Counted from the first letter of the stretch, positions 37,559 through 62,739 are shown. The stretch is DNA of 64,000 nt from the human T2T-CHM13v2.0 reference genome, Homo sapiens (GCF_009914755.1 NC_060941.1); one strand, 5' to 3'. Numbers and translations are program-made. Notes: generated by a model not told the origin, from the letters alone.

Positions 37559-37793
37559 TTTTTTTTGAAACACAGTCTCGCTCTGTTGCCCAGGCTAGAG
37601 TGCAGTGCAGTGGTGCAATCTCGGCTCACTGCAACCTCTGCCCCCAGGGTTCAAATGATTCTCCCACCTCAGCCTCCTGAGTAGCTGGGACTACAGGTGT
37701 CCACCACCACACCTGGCTAATTTTTGTATTTTTAGTAGAGATGGGGTTTCACCATGTTGGCTGAGTTGGTCTCAAACTTCTGACTTCAAGTGA

Positions 37794-38241
<448 letters not shown>

Positions 38242-39365
38242 TAGTAGAGACGGGGTTTCACCATGTTAGCCAGGATGGTCTCGATCTGCTGACCTCGTGA
38301 TCTACCCGCCTTGACCTCCCAAAGTGCTGGGATTATAGGCGTGAGCCACCGCGCCCGGCCTAATTTTTGTATTTTTAGTAGCATGTTAGCCAGACTGGTC
38401 TCAAACTCCTGACCTCAGTGATCCGCCTGCCTTGGCCTCCCAAAGTGTTGGGATTACAGGTGTGAGCCACCACACCCAGTCCATCTTTTTCTTTTTCTTT
38501 TTCTTTCCTTTTTTTTTTGTTTTTTGAGACAGAGTCTTACTCTGTCGCCCAGGCTGGAGTGCAGTGGTGCAGTCTAGGCTCACTGCAAGCTCTGCCTCTT
38601 GGGCTCAAATGATTCTTCTGCCTCAGCCTGCAGAGTAGCTGGGACTACAGGTGTACCACCATGCCTGGCTAATTTTTTGTATTTTTAGTAGAGATGGGGT
38701 TTCACCATATTGACCAGGCTGGTCTTGAACTCCTGGCCTCATGATCTGCCTGCCTTGGCTTCCCAAAGTCCTGGTACTATAGGCCTGAGCCACTGTGCCA
38801 CTATGCTTGGCCCTGCATTTTCACTTATCATTACTTTCTCAGCATTCCTCCCTTAATTCCTGGTACCTCCTAAGACTTCTGTTGAAGCTCACTTGGTTAA
38901 TTCCTGTTTGTGATTACATGATGTTATTTTCTGGAAAGAGTCTTTGCCAGTGCTGGGCGTGGTGGTTCACACCTGTAATCCCAGTATTTTGGAAAGCCGA
39001 GGCAGGAGGAGACCCCATCTCTACAAAAAAAAAAAAAAAAAAAAAAAAGCCAGGAATGGTGGCACAGGCATGTGGTCCCAGCTAGTTGTGAGGCTGAGGT
39101 GGAAGGATTGCTTGAGCCCTAGAAGTCAAAGCTGCAGTGAGCCATGATTGTGCCACTGCACTCCAGCCTGGATGACAGAGCAAGGCCTGGCCCCAGAAAA
39201 GAAAGAAAAAGCAAAAGAAAGAGTCATTGCCTGGTGTTCACTTTTTACTGTTTGAAGAATGGAGAATACTTTTCAATGTATTTAAACCTTTCTCAAAATG
39301 GAACAAACTGGGTAGTGTTATTTATTATTTGTTATTTTAATTAGCTGCATTTCTTCTTTCCTCAG

Positions 39366-39457
39366 TCAAGCATCAAAACTTGGAGAGCAGATGGCAGATT
39401 TGCATCTTTACAACCAGAAGCTCAGGGAGAAGTTGAAGGAGGAGGAGAACACAGTGG
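39366..39457 (+). CDS. FN3K: FN3K exon 3
   Basis: Acceptor ttctttcctcag|; (S)QASKLGEQMADLHLYNQKLREKLKEEENTV; donor G|GTATGT; 92 nt. Confidence 0.97.
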
Positions 39458-39653
39458 GTATGTTCAGATTGCTTTTGGGTACCCTTGATCCAGCCACATT
39501 GTCTACCCTAGATGGGTGCTCATGGTACTTCTTGGTGGCATTTCAATAATAGGTTGAGTTGTATACCGTCTGTCTTTACACTACATTATGAAAATGAGAT
39601 TATTAAATAAGAATTTTGATGTAGCTGATAAGCTAGTAGAATTGGCACATGAT

Positions 39654-39743
39654 CCCTTTTATACCCAGCCCTCCTGTCTGGTGTGCTTGAGGTAATAATA
39701 ACCCCTTTTATACCCAGCCCTGCTGTCTAGTGTGCTTGAGGTA
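39654..39743. repeat. 49-bp-period two-copy duplication in FN3K intron 3
   Basis: cccttttatacccagccct(c/g)ctgtct(g/a)gtgtgcttgaggta at 39654 and 39703. Confidence 0.9.
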
Positions 39744-39913
39744 GGAGTGTCCTGGCAGATCCATATATTGACTAATTGCTACTGTATGTAGTACATCCTC
39801 AGACCACCTATATTCTAGCGTGCGTAGCCCAGGCTTGTACTGATGCTCTGCTGAGGTCTGGCATTTAAGAGAAAGACAAACAGCTCCTTCAGGCCAAGGA
39901 TCTCTGTCAACAG

Positions 39914-39996
39914 GCCGAAGAGGTGAGGGTGCTGAGCCTCAGTATGTGGACAAGTTCGGCTTCCACACGGTGACGTGCTGCGGCTTCATCCCGCAG
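39914..39996 (+). CDS. FN3K: FN3K exon 4
   Basis: Acceptor tctgtcaacag|; (G)RRGEGAEPQYVDKFGFHTVTCCGFIPQ; donor CAG|GTGAGT; 83 nt. Confidence 0.97.
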
Positions 39997-40529
39997 GTGA
40001 GTGCCTGGGTGAGGGTGTTCCCTGATGCCCTAATGCTGGTCACCCACTCTTTATATGTGACAGAATGCTAATCTCCCAAGCACCAGCAAGATTGACTACT
40101 TGATTTCTGAAAGCAGAGTAGAAGCTGTGATACCTGGAATGGGGAGAGCAGACGCTGAGGGTCACTGAGCTGAGCTGGGCAGGGTCATGGGACATGCTGG
40201 GGCAGGCAGATCAGCATTCCAAGCAGAGCGAGCCTCAAGTGCAAAGGTTGTGTTGCACAAGGCTCCTGATGAGTCTGAGGGACTGGAGACAGTGGGTGAT
40301 GGGTAGTGTGCAAAGTCAGGGATTAAGTGCTGATTACTCAGCTCCTCTCCTGAGGCCTTTACAAATTATTATTTATTTAGATACAATTGAAATATAATTC
40401 ACATAAGATCCACCATTTTAAAGGATTAGAATTAATTGGTTTTTAGTACATTCATGATGGTGTGCAACCATCACTGCTGTTTAACTCCAGAACATTTTCT
40501 TTCTTTTCTTTTCTTTTTTATTTTTTTGA

Positions 40530-40808
<279 letters not shown>

Positions 40809-42884
40809 TAATGTTGTATTTTTAGTAGAGATGGGGTTTCTCCACGTTGGTCAGGCTGGTCTTGAACTCCCAACCTCAGGTGATCCACCCACCTCGGCCT
40901 CCCAAAGTGCTGGGATTACAGGTGTGAGCCACCATGCCTGGCCAGAACATTTTCATTATCCTAAAGCAGAACCCATTAGCAGTCACTCCCCATTTCCCCC
41001 TTTCCTGGTCCCTGGCAACCTCTAATGTACCTTCTGTCTCTTTGAATTTTCTGGATATGTCATATGAGTGGAAACACATAATATGTGATCTTTTGTATCT
41101 TTCATTCAGCATCATGTTTCACAGCTCTTCCATGTTGTAGCAGGTGTTAGAATGTTATTCTTTTATGGCTGAATAATATTCCATTCTATGGCTAGGCCAC
41201 ACGTTTCTTTACATATTCCTTTTTATGGCTGAATAATACTGGAGCCTCTTGAACCATCATCTTTGAAATCTGTGAAGTTCCAAAGAAGACTTTGGACAGC
41301 CCAACTGCCCTGTGCTTCCCTTGAAGAAGCCAATATTGGACCATATTTTGGTTTTGTTAGGAACACAGCACCCATTATATAAGAGCTAGTTCAAAGTCAC
41401 TGCTTCTTGAAGAGAGAATACTTTCAAATCTGTCTCCTCGTCGACGCCCGTCCTGACTAGTTGGGTCCCTGCGAACAATGACCAAGCTCTCCCTGGTGTG
41501 GGTAGAGGGTGATTCTCCCAGCTGGAGGTCACCTGGGGCAAGATCCTCATGAAGCCCAAGCAGATTTAGGGTTCCCAGCCAACAGGCAGTCCTCACATCT
41601 GGGCTCGCTAGAACTGCACATGGAGCTTACCAGATTTACCGAGACCCCCGAGATCTCAGCCACAGCTGGCTCCCCTGGGGTCACACACCTGTCCGGAGCC
41701 AGTGAGCAGCACCCTCTTCACCTGTCCAGGTGAGCACGGCTGGGTGCAGCTTGTGGTCCTGTGGTCCTGCTGTGGATGCTGAGGTCAAGGGCTGCAAGTG
41801 GCGGGCTCTACAGGACTTGGCTGGCCCAGCAGAGTGGTGTTTCAAAGAAATGAAGTGAAATCTTACCCAGAGCCCCTGTGTGTGAAGCAGACGAGAAGGG
41901 GGCTAGTCTGTTTGGAGCACAGGGAGCCCCTCAATGCCCCTCGGACTCCAGGATCAAGGAACCCACCTCAGATCAGGTGCAGCCTGGCTAGGAAGGGTGA
42001 GGCGCCAGGGAGGACACCTGCCCTGCTTCCTGCTTGTTGTGCCTCGGACAGCACCAGGTTCCGGAGGCTTCCCACTCCTTGGGAGGGCTCAATGGGTCCT
42101 GGGGGAATGTGTGCTGCAGCCAATGGGGGGCAGTGCTGAGCGGCGGGCTCCTCAGACACCTGGGCACTAAGGCCCCCTGGGGCTGCCAGCTGGGTCGGCT
42201 GTGGTGCTTGCCCCATGCTCTGTACACTGCCACATACAGGCACCCTTCTAAGCACTTCACTGAACTCAACTCACCCACTTGCCCTAGCAGGTAACCAGGC
42301 AGATAATGTCACTGATCCGTTTTATAGATGAGGAAAGTGACATGCAGAGTTCATGCCTGGGTCCATGGAGCTTGTCAGCGGGGCAGCTGGGCTTCGACCC
42401 TCAGTCTGGCTTCAGACCACAGGCCCTGACCATGACGCAGCCCCTCTGTCAGGGGAGGCCTGGTCATTGGGACCAGCTGTGTACCCAGGTGGCACCTTCC
42501 CCGGGTAGCTTGGAGGATCACAGCCCCTCTGTTCAGGTGGCAGGACTGGGCTAGCCCAGGCTGGTCGCCTGCTTCCAGCACTAAACCTGGTTGTCTTCTG
42601 GAAAGAGTACAGAGCTCAGACGCTGGGAGCTTGGGCAGGCAAATGGGAAATAACGGGAGGCTGCACGATGCACCTCTGAGCTGGGGATCTGACAGCCAGG
42701 CTATGGGGAGGGGCCTTTCCATCCTGCTCTTGAGGTGCACACAGCACCAGAGGGTGAGCCCAGGGGCCGAGTCACCACAGCACCCATGTGCAGGGAGATT
42801 CTTGGTGGGGGCCACTGACCAGGGCGGTCCTCCCCGAAGGAGTTTTACAAAATAACCCTTTGTATAAAATCAGCTTCGTATTTT

Positions 42885-45120
<2,236 letters not shown>

Positions 45121-45355
45121 AGAGGCTGGGCATGGTGGCTCGCGCCTGTAATCCCAGCACTTTCGGAGGCCGAGGTGGGCAGATCACTTGAGGTCAGGAG
45201 TTCGAGACCAGCCTGGCCAACATGGTGAAACCCCATCTCTACTAAAAATACCAAAACATTAGCCAGGCATGGTGGCGGGCACCTGTAATTCCAGCTACTC
45301 GAAAGGCTGAGGCAGGAGAATTGCTTGAACCCGGGAGGCAGGGAGGTTGCAGTGA

Positions 45356-45664
<309 letters not shown>

Positions 45665-45914
45665 TGATCTGCCTGCCTCGGCCTCCCAAAGTGCTGGGAT
45701 TACAGGTGTGAGCCACCGCGCCTGGCCTCTTGCTTACTTTAGGTTTAATGTGCTCTTTTTCTGGTTGGTTAATGTAGCAGCTGAGGTCATTACTGTGAGA
45801 TCTTTGCTAACACAGATGTTTAGTGCTACACATTTTCCCCAAGTACTGCTTTAGTGGCATCTCACAAATTATAAGTTGTGTTTTTGCTTTCATTCAATTG
45901 AAAACACTTTCTAA

Positions 45915-46240
<326 letters not shown>

Positions 46241-46379
46241 TGATCCACCCACCTCGGCCTCCCAAAGTGTTGGGATTATGGGCGTGAGCCACCAGGCCCG
46301 GCCTTCCTATTGATTTCTAATTGAATTTGATTATACTTTGCATGCTTAAATTCTTCTCAATTTATTGAGATCTGTTTGC

Positions 46380-46563
46380 ATGGAGAGAGAAATCCTACTC
46401 TATTCCTCTTCTTATAGGCCACTAATCCTATTGGATTAATAATTCACCCTTACGATTTTATTTAACCCTAATTACCTCCTAGAGGCCCTTCCTCCAAATA
46501 CAGGTATATTAGGGGTTAGGGCTTCAACGTAGGAACGGGGGTGGGCACCATTGAGTCAATAGC
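46380..46563 (-). mobile_element. MLT1-type LTR fragment
   Basis: ctcttcttataggccactaatcctattgga...atttaaccctaattacctcc...tccaaatacag...gggttagggcttcaac. Confidence 0.6.
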
Positions 46564-47456
46564 AGGATATGGGATTTATCTATTTTTCCTGCAGTTCTTT
46601 TACGTATTTTGAAGCTGTGTTATTAGAGGTGTAGGCATTTAGGATTATTATGTTCATTAGTCGACTCCCTTTGTGAAATGACTATATTTGATTTTCTTTG
46701 CTTTGAAATCTACTTTGTCTTGTATTAATGTAGCCACTCTAGCTTTCTTTTTTTTTTTTCTTTTTTTTTTTGAGATAGAGTTTCACTCTTGTTGCCCAGG
46801 CTGGAGTGCAATGGCGCGATCTCGGCTCACTGCACCCTTTGCCTCTGGGTTCAAGCGATTCTCCTACGTCAGCCTCCCAAGTAGCTGGGACTACAGGCCC
46901 ATGCCACCATGCCCGGCTAATTTTGTATTTTTAGTAGAGATGGAGTTTCCTTATGTTGCCTAGACTGGTCTTTAACTCCTGGGCTCAAGGGATCTGCCCA
47001 CCTCAGCCTCCCAAAGTGCTGGGAATTGCAGGCGTGAGCCACTGTGCCTGGCCTCCAGCTTTCTTTTGACTAGTGTTAGCATGGTATATCTTTTCTATCC
47101 TTTCAAGCTTTTTTTTTTTTAGTAGATAATGTCTTTTTGCACATAACTTATTGTTGGATTTGCTTTATTTTTCCAACCTGCCAATCTGTCATTTACCAAG
47201 AGTATTTATTTTTGACATTCGTATTTAATGTGCTTAGTCATATAGTTTTGAGTCTGTCATCTTGCAATTTGTTTTTTGTTTCATCTGCCCTTTGTTCTCT
47301 CTTTACCTGCCTTCCTCTGGGTTGAGTATTTTATGTTTCTGTCTTACCTCCTTTGTTGGCTTACTAGGTATCTTTGCTGGGTTTTGAATGGTCCCTCTAG
47401 GGTTTAGGCAGCACTTGGCTCCGAATTGCAACAGTGGCCTCTTTTCCCTTGTCCAG

Positions 47457-47579
47457 GTGAATGAGTGGCAGGATGACTGGCCGACCTTTTTCGCCCGGCA
47501 CCGGCTCCAGGCGCAGCTGGACCTCATTGAGAAGGACTATGCTGACCGAGAGGCACGAGAACTCTGGTCCCGGCTACAG
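47457..47579 (+). CDS. FN3K: FN3K exon 5
   Basis: Acceptor ttttcccttgtccag|; VNEWQDDWPTFFARHRLQAQLDLIEKDYADREARELWSRLQ; donor CAG|GTGGGC; 123 nt. Confidence 0.97.
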
Positions 47580-48033
47580 GTGGGCACGGCAGTGACTTCT
47601 CTGGGAAAGAGCTGGTCCTCTCATGATCCCGCCGCATTTGTGCGGGTTCATCTATAAAACGGAGCTGGAGCAGGGAACACTGAGTCCTGGAGCACACATC
47701 AGGGAGGAAGGGGGGCAGGGGCGGGGGTTCCCCCAAAAGGGAGTCCGAAAGGAGTGAGGAGTGAAGACACACTTGGCTCCTCGTGCCCCTCTCCACTGCT
47801 AGGTCACCAGGTATTTAGCCTCAGACTTTCCTCATGTGAAACACAGGTGCTTGTAAATGGTGGTGTTTACCATGATTACTGTTCTTACTATCAGTAACAC
47901 TTGTCCACTCCATTGTGTTCCTCTCCCATGGGAAGATGTGGGTACCAGATGATCCAGAATGACTGATTTCAAAACATAACTCTCGGCCGGGCACAGTGGT
48001 TCACGCCTGTAATCGCAGCATTTGGGAGGCCTA

Positions 48034-48279
<246 letters not shown>

Positions 48280-48549
48280 TCAAAATATAACTCTCAAAAT
48301 GTTAAAAAAGAATGTGCATGTCAATCCAGAGTGAGTATACATCAAAGAGACTTGAACTCATTAATGAAGAAACTAGGCTGGGCACGGTGGCTCAAGCCTG
48401 TAATCCTAGCACTTTGGGAGGCCGAGGTGGATAGATTTTACCTGAGGTCAGGATTTCAAGACCAGACTGGCCAATATGGTGAAACCCCATCTCTACTAAA
48501 AATACAAAAATTAGCCGGGTGTAGTGGCGGGCGCCTGTAATCCCAGCTA

Positions 48550-48733
<184 letters not shown>

Positions 48734-49018
48734 CTAAGGTAGCGCAACATTGGTTCCTATTCTGTGGGTCGATTAAAACTATAACCTCAGAGGTTCTCCA
48801 CTGTGTGGGGATTCTAGACCTAAATTAGGAGGAAATCCTAAGTTAGACAAAGCTAGACTCCCCTGAAGTCAGGTGGCCCCTATTTCTGGGCTTGGCAGGC
48901 AGTGCTGGGGCTGGACACCGAAGCAGATCGCGAGTGGGCTTTGCCTTATTTCCAAGAACGAGGTGATGAGACCGGGGCTCCCAGAGGCCAGCGATAACTG
49001 CAGCCGTTGCTCTCGTAG

Positions 49019-49357
49019 GTGAAGATCCCGGATCTGTTTTGTGGCCTAGAGATTGTCCCCGCGTTGCTCCACGGGGATCTCTGGTCGGGAAACGTGGCTG
49101 AGGACGACGTGGGGCCCATTATTTACGACCCGGCTTCCTTCTATGGCCATTCCGAGTTTGAACTGGCAATCGCCTTGATGTTTGGGGGGTTCCCCAGATC
49201 CTTCTTCACCGCCTACCACCGGAAGATCCCCAAGGCTCCGGGCTTCGACCAGCGGCTGCTGCTCTACCAGCTGTTTAACTACCTGAACCACTGGAACCAC
49301 TTCGGGCGGGAGTACAGGAGCCCTTCGTTGGGCACCATGCGAAGGCTGCTCAAGTAG
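49019..49357 (+). CDS. FN3K: FN3K exon 6 (coding part)
   Basis: Acceptor ctctcgtag|; VKIPDLF...[10 protein letters not shown]...[16 protein letters not shown]...RLLK*; total CDS 930 nt = 309 aa. Confidence 0.98.
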
Positions 49358-49360
49358 CGG

Positions 49361-49810
49361 CCCCTGCCCTCCCTTCCCCTGTCCCCGTCCCCGTCTCCGT
49401 CTCCCCGTCCCTGTCCCCCCGTCCCCCGTCCCTGTGCCCCCGTCCCTGTCCCCCTGTTCCCGTCTCCCCGTCCCTCCGTCTCCATCCCCCCGTCCCCCCA
49501 TCCTCCTGTCCCCGTCCCCCCGTCCCCGTCCCTCCATCCCTGTCCCCCGTCCCCCTGTCCCTGTCCCCCTGTCCACATACCAATCCCCCTGTCCCCGACC
49601 CCCATCCCCGTCCCCCATCTCCGTCCCCGTCCCCCCTGCCCCGTCCCCGTCTCCGTTCCCCCGTCCCCATCCTCCATCCCCGTCTCCCATCGCCGTCCCC
49701 CCGTCCCCGTCCCCCGGCCCCCCGTCCCCTCCCCCCATCCCTGTCCCCCCGTCCCCCTGTGCCCCCGTCCCCGTCCCCCCTGTCCCTGTCCCCCTTCCCC
49801 CGACCCCTCC
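49361..49810. repeat. C-rich (CCCCGT/CCCTGT)n repeat forming most of the FN3K 3'UTR
   Basis: About 450 bp of degenerate CCCCGT units between the stop codon and AATAAA. Confidence 0.95.
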
Positions 49811-49825
49811 CAGATCCTGGGGACC

Positions 49826-49831
49826 AATAAA
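49826..49831 (+). terminator. FN3K: FN3K polyadenylation signal AATAAA
   Basis: First AATAAA after the stop, just after the C-rich 3'UTR repeat. Confidence 0.75.
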
Positions 49832-49839
49832 GCCCGCAG

Positions 49840-51620
<1,781 letters not shown>

Positions 51621-51990
51621 GGTGTAGGTACCCCTGTGGAGGCCATTCGATGAGTCTAAATTCTCCGAGTTCAGACCCACCTTTACCGCTGTCTATAATG
51701 GGTTATTTCCAAACAAGTCCTTAGGAGCTCATAGCTAAGTAGTTACATGGGGTTTTGTAATTCAGTAAAATCATCTTTGTAGACCCTTTGAGTAAGAAGA
51801 ACTTTTGCATTATTTGGCCTTCCTCATTTTAGAATGACAGCGCTTTGATTTTAGGAGTCAGGCAGGGTGGGGGGCCTTGTGGGAGGAGTGCGGGTTCGGC
51901 GTCAGATCCTCCTGCCTGTGAATTCTGGCCCTGTCGCTTGGACCTGATACTTGATTGCCTGTTTCTTCGGGTGTAAGCTGGGGCGGATAA

Positions 51991-53400
<1,410 letters not shown>

Positions 53401-53555
53401 GCTGGGAAGCAGTGGGTGTGTTCAGATGTGGAGGTGGGAGCTGCCGGATTGGACAGAAGCAGTTTCAGCTGCTGAGAGGAGGAGAAAGTGGTGGTTCAGG
53501 GTCTGGGAGGTTGTGAAGAGCTGGCAGCTGTGTGGAAGGGAGCAGTGCCTGGATA

Positions 53556-54398
53556 TGTCAACCAAAAAGTATCTGAGACGAGTCTCAATCAGTTTAGAAG
53601 GTTAAGGGTGTGCCCGTGAGGCAGCCTCAGGAGGTCACATGTCCCCAAGGAAGTCGGGCTACAGCTTAGTTTTACACGTTTTAGGGAGACGTGAGACATC
53701 AATCAATACCTGTAAGATGTACATTGGTCTCGTCAGGGAAGGCGGGACATCTTGGGTGGGAGGGCGTCCAGGGCATTGGTGGATTCAAATATTTCACGAT
53801 TGGTGATTGGTTGAAAGAGTTTATCTGAAGACCTGGAATCCATAGAAGGGATTGTCTAGGTTAAGATAAATTGTGGAGACCAAGGTTTTTCTTATGCAGA
53901 TGAAGGTTCCAGTTAGCTGGTTTCAGAGAGAATAGATTGTAAATGCTTTTCATCAGACTAAAAAGGTACCAGACTTAGTTAATTTTCTCTTGGATCAGGG
54001 AAAAGACCTAGAAAAGGAAGGGATTCTCTACAGAATGTAGCTTTTCCCAGCAAGAGACAACTTAGCAGAACCATTTCAAAATATGTCAAATATATTTTAG
54101 GGAAAAATATTTTGATTTCTTTCAGGGCCTGCTGTCTGTCATGTGATGCTGTACTAGAGTCAGGCTGGAATTTGGTGTCTTATTGCTACTTAAGATCGGT
54201 TTTAATGCTAATACTGATCAGCTGTGCCTGAATTCCAACGAGAGGAGGGTATAATGAGGCCTATGTGGACCACTCCCCACAATCCCTTAATATCATGAGG
54301 CCTGAACTAGTTTTTCAGGTTAAGTTTGGAATGCCCTTGGCCAAGAGGAGGGGTCTGTTAGATGGCTAGGGGGCTTAGAATTTTGTTTTTAGTTTACA
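53556..54398 (-). mobile_element. MER4-family ERV1 LTR
   Basis: tgtcaaccaaaaagtatctgagacgagtctcaatcagtttagaag...ttttagggagacgtgagacatcaatcaata...ttttagtttaca. Confidence 0.7.
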
Positions 54399-54813
54399 GG
54401 CATGTTTGGCAGGGGAGTGTGAGAGGAGTGCCAGGGATGTGTGTCTCACAAGGACAGAGTTGAGCTTGGCCCTTAACGGCTGGCAGAGGCAGGAGAGAGT
54501 GAAGGAAGGAAGAGGCGAGGAGGAGACTCTGTTAGGAAGAGTATCGAGGCAGTGGGAAAAGAGGAACAGTGTGCCAAGCAAGTAAACTGCACGAGGCTGG
54601 GCCACAGTGGCCCTCAAAAGGCTAGAGGGAGGTGGGGCATTCCCTCCAGGTGGCCTGTGTGGCCTCCTTTAGTGAGAGGGGAGGTGTGCTCTTGAGAGCT
54701 GGGGAAGAGGTGGAGCTGCCCTGTGGAAGCTAGCAAGGGAAAATGGGGTTTCTGAGGCTCATGGGTATGTTTGGCCTAGTGATAATTAATTTTCATGTTA
54801 TATTTGTTTTTAG

Positions 54814-54864
54814 TAATAATGGACAAATACCAGGAGCAGCCTCATCTGTTGGACCCGCACCTTG
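54814..54864 (+). CDS. TBCD: TBCD exon 2
   Basis: Acceptor tttgtttttag|; (V)IMDKYQEQPHLLDPHL, the conserved cofactor D motif; donor G|GTAAGA; 51 nt. Confidence 0.96.
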
Positions 54865-55081
54865 GTAAGAATAGAAGCTGCTGATTTTGATCATTCAGTT
54901 ACAGATGACCACGGAGGCCTTGGTGTGTGGTGCTGGCACATGCATGTGCTTTGCCAGGATCAAATGCCAAGAAGTGTCCCTGTCTTGCTTGCCTGGCTGG
55001 TTGGTTTTAGCCGACCTGTGATAGTGGCTTGAGTTCCAGATGTCACTCTAGGCTGGGGGGAGATGTGTCTGAGCTACTTAA

Positions 55082-55363
<282 letters not shown>

Positions 55364-56083
55364 TGATCCGCCTGCCTCGGCCTCCCAAAGTGCTGGGATT
55401 ACAGGCGTGAGCCACCGCGCCTGGCCTCCTCAAGTGTTTTTAGTTTACATTAGTTTATTATTTTAGTTTACATTTGGGCACATGATGTTTTTCTGGTAAT
55501 AGTCATACAGGGTCAGGTGTTTTACATGGGTCATCATTTAATCCTCACAGCAGCTAAGGAGGGCATCTGTTGTCATCTCCAGTTTACAGATGGGGACACT
55601 GAGGCTCGGTTTTCTTACTTTAGTGTAAGGGGTGTGGTTTCTTATTGTTTTCTTTATTTTTGATGTATTTCCCACTGATTAAAATTTTTCTTTTTCTACC
55701 TACAAATGTGACACATGCTTCTGGCAGTTCACCTGGGAAAGAGGAAGGTGGCAATAGTCACCACGTTGAGAGGGAGCACCCTGGGTGGGGGCACCCTGGC
55801 TTCATAGCCCAGTTTCACCATTCAGTCTTTGAGCTGCTCTTTGCCGGGGTTTCCTCGCCCCCCGTGGTGTTGAGATCTGTGTGAGAGACACTAAGGGTCA
55901 GCCTTTCATGTGCGCACACGTGCCTCTTAAAGAGTAGTTTGTGCTGTGCATCTTGTTCTGTTTTTTTTTCTTCAAATAACAGATTTTGGCTGGGGGTGGT
56001 GGCTCATGCCTGTAATCCCAGCACTTTGGGAGGTGGAGGCGGGTGGATCACTTGAGGTCGGGAGTTCGAGACCAGCATGGCTA

Positions 56084-56263
<180 letters not shown>

Positions 56264-57309
56264 TCATCTCAAAAAAAAAAAAAAACCAAAAAAAACCCTC
56301 TAAATTCGGGATTCAAGAATTCATTGGGATCAGACTTGTCCTTCTGTCCTAGAAAAATTTATAGGCCTTGTGAAGGAGACCAAAGATAGAGGTCCTTGGG
56401 AGAGGGTCAGCTGCAGGGAACATGACTCTGACATCTGGTGGAGGGGCTAGCCATGCTGGATGGCGTGGCAGGCAGTGGGCTCCCCAGGCCATATCTTATA
56501 GGAGGTCTTGGGTTCCTGGAGTTCCTGTGTGTGAGCGCTGGTTCCCAGGAAACAGATGTGGTCACTGCTCACAAGGTAGCGGGTGGTGTTTTTATATCTC
56601 TTCAAGTAACAACGTTGGACCTGTAGTTAAATGCCTTTATTCTTGCCAGACCTCTTTCCAGAGTGGATCATGGAATATTAACACTTGTTGTGAGCTGCTT
56701 AGAGTACTGCGAATGATTTTTAGAGTTATTTTCTTTCTTTGCAAAAACTGTTTTTCGCCGGGTGTGGTGGCTTATGCCTGTAATCCCAGCACTTTGGGAG
56801 GCCGGGGCGGGTGGATCACCTGAGGTCAGGAGTTTGAGACCAGCCTGACCAACATAGTGAAACCCCGTATCTACTAAAAATGCAAAAATTAGCCGCGTGT
56901 GGTGCACGCCTGTAATCCCAGCTACTTGGGGCTGAAGCAGGAGAATTGCCCGAACCCAGGAGGCAGAGGTTGCAGTGAGCCAAGATCGTGCCATTGTACT
57001 CCAGCCTGGGCAACAAGAACGGAAACGTCTCGGAAAAAAAAAAAAAAAAAAAAAAAATAAATAAATAAATAAATAAATAAATTTTTTTTTTTGTAGAGAA
57101 GGGGTCTTGCCGTGTTGCCCAGGCTGGTCTCATACCTCTGGGTTCAAGCGGTTCACCCACCTTGGCCTCCTAAAGTGCTGGGATTTCAGGTGTGAGCCAG
57201 CGTGCCCAGCTGAGTTCATTATTTTCTGGAATTCCTTTTTAGAAAAAGGAAAATGTAGTCGTGGGATGCTGGTCCTTTGTCATTTGTTGCACATTTTTCC
57301 ACCCTTTTG

Positions 57310-57341
<32 letters not shown>

Positions 57342-57343
57342 GA

Positions 57344-57604
<261 letters not shown>

Positions 57605-58473
57605 TGAGCCATTGTGCCCGGCCTGCTTTTGCCTTTTAATATTGTGTCTGGTGTATTTTATCTACTGAAGTTTTTTCGTGTTTGTTTTTTTAAAGAGATG
57701 GGATCTCGCTCTGTCACCCAGGCTGGAGTGTAGTGGCGCAGTCATAGCTCACTGCAGCCTTGAGCTCCTGGGATTAAGTGATCTTCTCACTTCAGCCTCC
57801 TGCAGAGCTGGGACAACAGGCACAAGCTGCCATGCCTAGTTAATTAAAAAACTTTTTTTTTTGGCCAGGCGCAGTAGCTCATGCCTCTGATCCTAGCACT
57901 TTGGGAGGCCGAGGCGGGTGGATTACAAGGTCAGGAGTTCAAGACCAGCCTGACCAACATGGTGAAACCCTGTCTCTACTAAAAATACAAAAATTAGCTG
58001 GGCACGGTGAAGCATGCCTGTAATCCCAGCTACTTGAGAGGCCGAGGCAGGAGAATTGCTTGAACTGGGACCCAGGACGCGGAGGTAGCAGTGAACGAGA
58101 TCGTGCCACTGCACTCCAGCGTGGGCTACAGAGCCAGACTGTCTCAAAAAAAAAAAAATTTTGTTTTTGCAGGGTCAGGGTCACGCTGTGTTCCTCAGGC
58201 TGGTCTCGAACTTCTGGCCCCAAGCAATCCTGCCTTGGCCTCCCACAGTGCTGGGATGACAGGTGTGAGCCACTGCACCCAGTCTCTACTGAAGTTTTAG
58301 AAATATTTAGCTTGTCAAACTATCAGTTTCTTTGTGTTTGGCCTTTGGTAGTACGGTTAGAAAGTTTATTTTTCCTAATCAGTTATGTAAGCCTCATTTA
58401 TTGGATGATTTAGTGGCCTCTCCCCTACTTGAAATGCCATTTTAAATCTATATTAAATATTCAAATATATTAG

Positions 58474-58698
<225 letters not shown>

Positions 58699-58849
58699 TA
58701 ATTTTTGTATTTTTAGTAGAGAACGGTTTTCATCATGTTGGCCAGGATAGTCTCGAACTCCTGACCTCAAGCAGTCTGCCCGCCTTGGCCTCCCAAAGTG
58801 CTGGAATTAGAGGCGTGAGCCACCACGCCTGGCCTGGGTCATTTTGTTT

Positions 58850-62100
<3,251 letters not shown>

Positions 62101-62107
62101 TTTTTTA

Positions 62108-62476
<369 letters not shown>

Positions 62477-62553
62477 TCATTGCCGCCTTGAAATTCTGGC
62501 TTCAAATGATCCTCCCACCTTGGTCTCCCAAAGTGCTGGGAAAACAGGCATGA

Positions 62554-62739
<186 letters not shown>

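Noticed and set aside
41240-41470. Unique stretch in FN3K intron 4 that looked like a possible pseudogene fragment
   Set aside because: I could not recognise any protein, poly-A tail or TSD; a BLAST search would be needed.
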